Shown: positions 55,246 through 64,000 of the stretch, one piece after another
How the letters are laid out: each line of letters starts with the position of its first letter
Numbering within the stretch: position 1 is the stretch's first letter
NCBI GenBank assembly: GCA_963845515.1
Contig: CAWJSR010000019.1
Location: 1 to 64,000, forward strand
Reading direction: 5' to 3'
Length of the DNA: 64,000 bases
DNA from: an uncultured delta proteobacterium
GTDB lineage: Bacteria > Myxococcota > Myxococcia > Myxococcales > Anaeromyxobacteraceae
Notes under the pieces: model-generated
What the model saw: only the letters and a program-made list of their open reading frames with translations
What the model was told of the DNA's origin: nothing
Database searches by the model: none
Made by a program: the position numbers and the translations under genes

Positions 55246-56070
55246 GTGGCGGGCAGTGGGGCTTTCCAGATCTCGGCGCATGGCGTCAGTGACGTCGGGA
55301 TGCGGCGCGACCACAACGAGGACTCGTTCCTCGTCGATCTCGATCTTGGCCTCCTGGTGGTGGCAGACGGGATGGGCGGCCACGCCGGCGGCGAGCACGC
55401 CTCCAGGCTCGCCGTGGAGACCATCCAGCGCGAGGTCCGCGCCGCACGCGAGTCGAAGGGCGGCGCCTTCGAGCGGCCGAGCACCATCGAGGACAGCCCG
55501 CTGCCTGACGTGATGCGGCACGCCGTCGAGGCTGCCAGCGCCGCGATCTTCGAGGCGGCCCAGGAAGACCCGGAGCTGACGGGGATGGGGACGACGGTCA
55601 CCGCCGCCCTCATGGACGGCAGCCACGCCTTCGTCGCACACGTCGGGGACAGCCGCTGCTACCTCCTGCGCGAGGAGAAGATCTACCAGGTCTCCGAGGA
55701 CCACTCGCTCGTCAACGAGCAGATCAAGGCGGGCGCGATCAGCCCCGAGGAGGCGCGCACCAGCCGGTTCAAGAACATCATCACGCGGTCGGTCGGCTTC
55801 GAGCGGACGGTGGCGGTCGATCTCATGGGGATAGAGCTCCAGGAGGGCGACCGCTTCGTGGTCTGCTGCGACGGCCTCTCGAACATGGTCGAGGACGGCG
55901 AGATCCTCTCGATCGCCGACTCGGCCCCGCTCGTCGAGGCGGCCGAGCGGCTCGTGGCGCTCGCCAACGAGCGCGGCGGAGACGACAACATCACCGTCAT
56001 CCTGGCCCGCGTGGAGGCGCCGCGTCAGTCCGCCGCGGAGGGGCCCCCGGCTACGCCCGCGAGTGAATAG
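55246..56070 (+). CDS. PP2C/Stp1-family Ser/Thr phosphatase
   Basis: RDHNED, VADGMGGH, GMGTT, HVGDSR, DHS, CCDGL, GGDDNIT; upstream TTGACC-N18-TAGGCT. Confidence 0.93.
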   Translation: MAGSGAFQISAHGVSDVGMRRDHNEDSFLVDLDLGLLVVADGMGGHAGGEHASRLAVETIQREVRAARESKGGAFERPSTIEDSPLPDVMRHAVEAASAAIFEAAQEDPELTGMGTTVTAALMDGSHAFVAHVGDSRCYLLREEKIYQVSEDHSLVNEQIKAGAISPEEARTSRFKNIITRSVGFERTVAVDLMGIELQEGDRFVVCCDGLSNMVEDGEILSIADSAPLVEAAERLVALANERGGDDNITVILARVEAPRQSAAEGPPATPASE

Positions 56071-56224
56071 TCCTTTGGGGTCATAGAGGCAGAAATGCCT
56101 TTCTTGACAGGGACTCCCGCGGTCTAGTATCGGGGGAGCTTGATTACCCGGGGGTCCCGGGGCGCGGTGCGGCATGACGCCGTTCGCGGTCGGACTCCAG
56201 GGGCTTCTCAGACACGGGAACGGG

Positions 56225-57145
56225 ATGGCGACGCCTCCGAAGTCGCAGGTCTTCACGTTGATAGTGGTCAGCGACCACTCGCAGGCGGTCCGGAAGTTCC
56301 GGCTACCGCGGCGGTGGCTCATGAACGGCGGCTACGCGGCCGCCGCGGTGGCGCTGATCGGCCTCGTCTCGCTCGTTCATTACTTCACGCTCCTCGGCGC
56401 CTCCGGCGAGAACATGGTGCTCAAGGAGGAGAACAACCAGCTCCGGGCGCAGATGCAGCTCGTCCAGGAGAAGGTCGCCCACATCACCGCGACGCTCGAC
56501 CGGGTGGAGCGCTTCGACGCGAAGCTCCGCACGGCGGTCTCGCAGCTCCAGGACCCGGAGCGGAACCTCGCCATCGGCCCCGTCGGCGCTCCGGATCCGG
56601 ACGTCTCGTCCGTCCCGGGCCCTGCGCCCGCGGCCCAGGCTCCGCTGACGGCCCTGCCGGGCCGGCTCAGGTCCCTCGAGGGTGACGCCACCCGGCAGGA
56701 GGCGAGCCTGCGCCAGCTCCAGGAGTACTTCGACGACCAGCAGGCGCTCCTCGCCTCCACGCCGACGATCTGGCCGGTGCACGGCTGGACGACCAGCGAG
56801 TTCGGCGTGCGGACCGACCCGTGGGCCGGCGACCGCTCGATGCACGAGGGGCTCGACATCGCCTCGCCGCACGGACAGCCCGTGGCGGCCCCCTCGGGCG
56901 GCACGGTCGTCTTCGTCGGCACGGAGGGCGGCTACGGCAAGGTGCTGGTGATCGACCACGGCTACGGCGTGAAGACCCGCTTCGGCCACCTCTCGGAGAT
57001 CTTCGTCCACCTCGGCGATCGCGTCGAGCGCGGCGGGAAGGTGGCGGCGGTGGGGAACACCGGTCGGTCGACGGGCCCGCACCTCCACTACGAGGTGCGT
57101 CTCAACGGAATCCCGCAGAACCCCCGCAAGTTCATCCTCGAGTGA
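56225..57145 (+). CDS. M23 peptidase with N-terminal TM and coiled coil
   Basis: HEGLD and HLHYE zinc motifs, GYGK, GNTGRSTGP. Confidence 0.9.
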   Translation: MATPPKSQVFTLIVVSDHSQAVRKFRLPRRWLMNGGYAAAAVALIGLVSLVHYFTLLGASGENMVLKEENNQLRAQMQLVQEKVAHITATLDRVERFDAKLRTAVSQLQDPERNLAIGPVGAPDPDVSSVPGPAPAAQAPLTALPGRLRSLEGDATRQEASLRQLQEYFDDQQALLASTPTIWPVHGWTTSEFGVRTDPWAGDRSMHEGLDIASPHGQPVAAPSGGTVVFVGTEGGYGKVLVIDHGYGVKTRFGHLSEIFVHLGDRVERGGKVAAVGNTGRSTGPHLHYEVRLNGIPQNPRKFILE

Positions 57146-57244
57146 CGCGCCCGCTCGCCGCGGCCTCCGCGGCTTGCACACGCGGCGTCGCGCACCACGA
57201 GGTCGCCTCGGCACCGCCCACCGGCGCGGTCGAGGGAGGTTCCC

Positions 57245-60076
<2,832 letters not shown>

Positions 60077-60079
60077 CCC

Positions 60080-61651
60080 CTACCGGATACGTATCCCGTA
60101 GATCGTCCCGCCCCGCGTCCCCACCACCGCCAGGTCACCGAAGACGGCCGGGCTCGCCTCGATGTTGGCGTCCAGCCTGAGCGTCCGGGCGATGGTGCCG
60201 TCGGCGCCGTCGACGAGGTGCAGCCGGCCGGCGCGGTCTCCCTGGAGGATCCAGCTCCTCCCGGCCTCCAGATCCCGGATCGCGGTCGGCGTCGACCACG
60301 CGTCGGTGCGGAGCGGCCTCCGCCAGAGCTCGCGCCCGTCCGCCTTAGCCAGCGCCACCATCGCGCCCCGCTCCGGGCAGCGCGAGAGCGTCACCACGAT
60401 CCGGTCCCCGAGATCCGCGGAGCCGACGAGGGGCGTCGCGAACACGCCTGCCTGCACCGTCTTCGCTCCGACCTGCTCACCGCGGCAGGCGAACCCCTGC
60501 TCCCAGAGCACGCGCCCCGTCAGCCCATCGATCTTCCGGATGCGGCTCCGCCCCTTCAGCCCCTGCGCGTCCACCTCGCTCGCGGTGTAGAGCACCGGGC
60601 CGCCCTCCTCGACGTCCACGACGAGGCTCGCGTCGGTGTCGTCCCCCACGTGGAGCGCCCACGCGGGCCGAAGCGTGGAGAGGTCGAGCGCCTGGACCGT
60701 GCCCCCGTTGTCGGCGAAGAAGGCCAGGTTCCGGTAGACCGCCAGTGAGTTCTCGATGCCGCGCCGGCCCTGCGCGGCGTCGCTGAAGCGGTAGCGCACG
60801 ACGCGCGGTGAGAGGGCGAGCCTGAAGGCGAGCGGGTCGTAGTCGGTGTTCAGCTCCACCGCGTAGACCATGCCGTTCTCCCCGCCGACCAGGAACGTGT
60901 CGGTCTCCCGGTTCACGAGCCCGGAGCCGTCGAACGCCCCCCAGTCGCGCGGCGCCGCGCCGTCCCGGCCCGGGAGGAACAGCAGCTCCTCGTGCGTGAT
61001 GAGGGAGTAGGCGCGCAGGCCGATGGGGCGTCTCCCGGGGATCCCCTGGCCGACGAAGAGGAGCGGCCACCCTCGGGGATCGAGCGAGACGCTCCCCTTG
61101 ATGGGGTTGCCGGTCCGCAGCGGAGGCCGTGTCGCGCGACCGGTCTCGAGATCGATGAAGTAGACGTTGCCGTCGAGAGAGCCCTGGATCACCTCGACGA
61201 GCTGCTTCCCCGCCGAGCGCCGGTTCAGCAGCGGCATCGAGCGCCGGACCGGCTCGCCCCAGCGGACGATGACGGGCTGGCCGGTCCAGCCCGCGCCGCC
61301 GCCCCACCTGGCGGTCCCGGGCCCCGTCTTGAACGTCCACGCCACCTCGAGCGAGCGCCGCGAGACGCTGCGATCGCCGAAGGCGCCGCCGTCGCGCAGT
61401 GGGCCGCCCCGGAACGTCGTGATCCCGTCGACCTCGGAGTAGCGGTCGGGGAAGACCTGCGGCGAGAGGACCGGCGGCACCGGGAGCTCGCCACCGCCCA
61501 TGTAGACGTCCGAGCGGAGCGGCGTGAGCGACGCCGGGTCGCCCCGCGTCTCCAGGGGCGTGGACGTGGCGAGGCGGTGGGCCGCCTGCGGCGGCGCCGC
61601 CAGCAGCAGCGCGCCCGCGAGGGCCCCGGGGAGGATGCAGCGGCCGTCCAT
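60080..61651 (-). CDS. Secreted PQQ-like beta-propeller protein (523 aa)
   Basis: Signal peptide; TFRGG..RD, GWTGQP, SLDGNVYFIDLETG, IKGSVSLDPRG, IEASPAV, VVGTRGG repeats. Confidence 0.75.
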   Translation of the reverse strand: MDGRCILPGALAGALLLAAPPQAAHRLATSTPLETRGDPASLTPLRSDVYMGGGELPVPPVLSPQVFPDRYSEVDGITTFRGGPLRDGGAFGDRSVSRRSLEVAWTFKTGPGTARWGGGAGWTGQPVIVRWGEPVRRSMPLLNRRSAGKQLVEVIQGSLDGNVYFIDLETGRATRPPLRTGNPIKGSVSLDPRGWPLLFVGQGIPGRRPIGLRAYSLITHEELLFLPGRDGAAPRDWGAFDGSGLVNRETDTFLVGGENGMVYAVELNTDYDPLAFRLALSPRVVRYRFSDAAQGRRGIENSLAVYRNLAFFADNGGTVQALDLSTLRPAWALHVGDDTDASLVVDVEEGGPVLYTASEVDAQGLKGRSRIRKIDGLTGRVLWEQGFACRGEQVGAKTVQAGVFATPLVGSADLGDRIVVTLSRCPERGAMVALAKADGRELWRRPLRTDAWSTPTAIRDLEAGRSWILQGDRAGRLHLVDGADGTIARTLRLDANIEASPAVFGDLAVVGTRGGTIYGIRIR

Positions 61652-61734
61652 CACCCGAGCGTAGCGCGCCCCGCGCCGGCGCGCCCGTTGGCGTCCCGCG
61701 TCGTGATAGAGATCCTGCACACGGAGGTGGCGCG

Positions 61735-61980
61735 ATGAAGGCGGCGTTCGTGATGGTGAAGTGCGAGCTGGGGCGTCTCGAGGATGTTGCAAACGCCATC
61801 ATGGAGCTCGACGGCGTTAGCGAGGTCCACTCCGTGACCGGCTCGTGGGACCTGCTCGTGAAGCTCTTCGCGCCGAGCTACGAGGCCTTCGGTGACCTGA
61901 TCCCCGACGTCCTGCAGAAGGTCCCGGGCATCCGGGAGACCGAGACCCTGCTGGCCTTCCGGGCCTTCAAGCCGCAGTAG
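61735..61980 (+). CDS. Stand-alone Lrp/AsnC ligand-binding domain protein
   Basis: GGAGG RBS; AFVMV..GVSEVHSVTGSWDLLVK..VPGIRETETL. Confidence 0.85.
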   Translation: MKAAFVMVKCELGRLEDVANAIMELDGVSEVHSVTGSWDLLVKLFAPSYEAFGDLIPDVLQKVPGIRETETLLAFRAFKPQ

Positions 61981-63040
61981 GGGGCTGCCCAGGCTCCGCG
62001 GCGGGCTCGCGGCCGAGCCTCCACATCCGGACCACCGCCAGGAGGAACGTGACGGTGAGCGGCCCGAGCAGGACGCCGATCGGGCCGAACGCGGCGATCC
62101 CTGCGATCAGCGCGAAGAAGACGATCCCGCCGTGCAGCTCCATCCCGCCGCGCAGCAGCCAGGGGCGGGCGATCGTGTCCACCGTCGAGACCACGGCCGC
62201 GCCCCACACCAGCAGGAAGACGCCGCTGGCCGTGTGGCCCAGCGCCAGCTGGATGAGCCCCGTCCCGATCACCACCACGGTCCCGCCGACTGCCGGGACG
62301 AGCGCGACGATGAAGGTCACGAAGGAGAGGAAGAAGACGTTGGGCACCCGCCCCACCAGGTAGCCGATCAGCGCGGCGACCGTCTGGATGCCGGCGGTGC
62401 CGAGCGTGGCGACGAGGACGGCCGACGCCGTCCGCCGGAACTCGCCCAGCATCGCGCGAAGCTGGCCGGGCGGGAGGGGCAGCGACTCCTCCGCCCAGGA
62501 GACGAGCCGGGTCCCGTCGACGAGCAGGAAGTAGAAGAGCGCGAGGGCGATGCCAGTCTGGAGCAGCGCACCGCCCGTCGCGGCGAGGACCCCGCCGAAC
62601 GCCCGGGCGGCCTGCCCGCTGCTCTTGCCCACGAACCCTTGCAGCTCCTCCTCGGCCCTGGGCAGGACGGCGAGGAACCCTTCGGCGAGCGGCTGTAGCG
62701 CGGACGGGAGCTTCCCCAGGAGCCCCGCCACCCCCTCCGACTCCAGCGCTGCGCGAAGCCAGGCGACGCCGGCGATCGACTCCGAGACGAGGACGGTCGC
62801 CAGCGTCGCGAGCGGGGCGGCGACGGCGAGCAGGAGCCCGAGGGTGATCAGGGCCGCGGCGAGGTGACGGCGCCTGCGCATCCGGGCGGCGAGCCACTCC
62901 ATCGCCGGCCTGAGGACCGCCGCCATCACCGCCGCGACGAGCACGGCTCCCCAGAACGGCCAGACGAGGAGGCCGGCGAGGAGCAGCGCCGCGAAGGTCA
63001 GCGCGAGCAGGACGCGTCGGGCGGCGGGGTCGGAGGTCAC
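61967..63040 (-). CDS. AI-2E family permease
   Basis: Multi-TM; VDTIARPWL, GIAAFGPIGVLLGP. Confidence 0.88.
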   Translation of the reverse strand: MTSDPAARRVLLALTFAALLLAGLLVWPFWGAVLVAAVMAAVLRPAMEWLAARMRRRRHLAAALITLGLLLAVAAPLATLATVLVSESIAGVAWLRAALESEGVAGLLGKLPSALQPLAEGFLAVLPRAEEELQGFVGKSSGQAARAFGGVLAATGGALLQTGIALALFYFLLVDGTRLVSWAEESLPLPPGQLRAMLGEFRRTASAVLVATLGTAGIQTVAALIGYLVGRVPNVFFLSFVTFIVALVPAVGGTVVVIGTGLIQLALGHTASGVFLLVWGAAVVSTVDTIARPWLLRGGMELHGGIVFFALIAGIAAFGPIGVLLGPLTVTFLLAVVRMWRLGREPAAEPGQPPTAA

Positions 63041-63045
63041 GGCCG

Positions 63046-63579
63046 TCAGTACTTCAGGAGCGAGTGGACCCGCTCCTGGCCCAGCCGCCGCGCGCCGTGG
63101 AGGAAGCCGAGCTCCACGAGGAAGGAGAAGGAGACGAGCTGCGCGCCCTGGCGCGCCACCAGCCGGCCGACGGCGTCGGCCGTCCCGCCGGTGGCCAGCA
63201 CGTCGTCCACGACGAGCACGCGGTCACGCGGCCCGACCGCGTCGATGTGGAGCTCGAGCACGTTCTCGCCGTACTCCAGCGAGTAGGCCTCCCGGATCAC
63301 CTGCCACGGTAGCTTCCCGGGCTTTCGCACGATGGTGAAGCCGGCGCCCAGCGCGTACGCGAGCGGCGCGCCGAAGATGAAGCCGCGCGACTCGATCGCG
63401 ACCACCTTGTCGATCCGCTCGTCCTTCCAGCGAGCGACGAAGGCGTCGATCACCGTGCGGAAGAGCTTCGGGTCGGAGAGGACGGGGGTGATGTCCTTGA
63501 AGACGATCCCCTGCTGGGGGAAGTCCGGGACGTCGCGGATTCGGGCGCGGACGGCATCCATGGACGTGGTTTCTATCAC
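63046..63579 (-). CDS. apt: Adenine phosphoribosyltransferase
   Basis: [44 protein letters not shown]. Confidence 0.96.
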   Translation of the reverse strand: MIETTSMDAVRARIRDVPDFPQQGIVFKDITPVLSDPKLFRTVIDAFVARWKDERIDKVVAIESRGFIFGAPLAYALGAGFTIVRKPGKLPWQVIREAYSLEYGENVLELHIDAVGPRDRVLVVDDVLATGGTADAVGRLVARQGAQLVSFSFLVELGFLHGARRLGQERVHSLLKY

Positions 63580-63588
63580 GGGCCCTCG

Positions 63589-64000
63589 TCAGTTGAGATA
63601 GAGGAGCGGGTTGCGCGGCCGTGTCCCGTCACGGATCTCGAAGTGGAGGTGGGGGCCGCTCGTCCGCCCGGTCTGCCCAACCTCGCCGATCGGGTCGCCG
63701 CGCTCCACCCGCTTCCCCTCGTCCACGAGCGACCGGCGCATGTGGGCGTACAGCGTGACCAGCCCCCCGGGGTGGCGGAGGATGACTATCCGGCCGTAGC
63801 CCGACTGCTCGCCGACGTAGATCACCTCGCCGGCAGAGGCCGCTCCGACCCGCGTCCCCTCGGGCGCGGCCAGATCGATCCCGTCGTGCCGCCGGCCGCT
63901 CCGCACACCGAAGCGCCCGTAGAGGACGCCCTTGAGGGGCCACGCGAACGCCGCCGGCGGCCGCCCGATCGGGGCGGCGCGCGCGACTGGCTCGGGCTCC
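63589..64000 (-). CDS. M23 peptidase (NlpD-like), 5'-truncated by window edge
   Basis: FAWPL.G, HDGID, GYG, LYAH, HLHFE. Confidence 0.85.
   Translation of the reverse strand, partial: EPEPVARAAPIGRPPAAFAWPLKGVLYGRFGVRSGRRHDGIDLAAPEGTRVGAASAGEVIYVGEQSGYGRIVILRHPGGLVTLYAHMRRSLVDEGKRVERGDPIGEVGQTGRTSGPHLHFEIRDGTRPRNPLLYLN

Noticed and set aside
56104..56130. Sigma-70 promoter TTGACA...TAGTAT upstream of the M23 gene
   Set aside because: Spacer is only 15 nt; plausible but not supported well enough to list.

Overview
High-GC (visually ~70-75%) Myxococcota DNA, most like Anaeromyxobacter. Genes in the first ~18 kb carry many 1-bp indels, with only three more breaks up to 35 kb and none after; this looks like long-read error. 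Bases 1-26.4 kb are a type IVa pilus locus: pilS-pilR (+), then an oppositely oriented block pilA-pilG-pilI-fimU-pilV-pilW-pilX-pilY1 (-), then pilH-pilD-pilS2 (+), an STT3/AglB-type oligosaccharyltransferase-like gene (-), pilR2, a small XRE HTH gene and pilMNOPQ (+). Next come mglC-like, efp, accB, accC, sgmX-like TPR, ExeA-like ATPase, TamB-like and Omp85 genes. These are followed by an SDR, PduO, an orphan ATP-grasp ligase, a Rec-GGDEF cyclase, a hybrid kinase/sigma-54 activator pair and a vWA lipoprotein. The rest holds YqiA esterase, rarA, NAD kinase, a RelE/ParE-RHH toxin-antitoxin insertion with gene relics, recN, PP2C, M23, secA, a PQQ-type propeller, Lrp/AsnC, AI-2E, apt and a partial M23 gene. 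The best candidate for an undescribed system is the archaeal-type OST with a non-canonical WWDYG-equivalent motif, embedded in the pilus locus next to sequon-bearing pilins and PilY1, which suggests a pilus glycosylation system. No rRNA, tRNA, CRISPR array or transposase was recognised. All family calls are by motif recognition; no database search was run.
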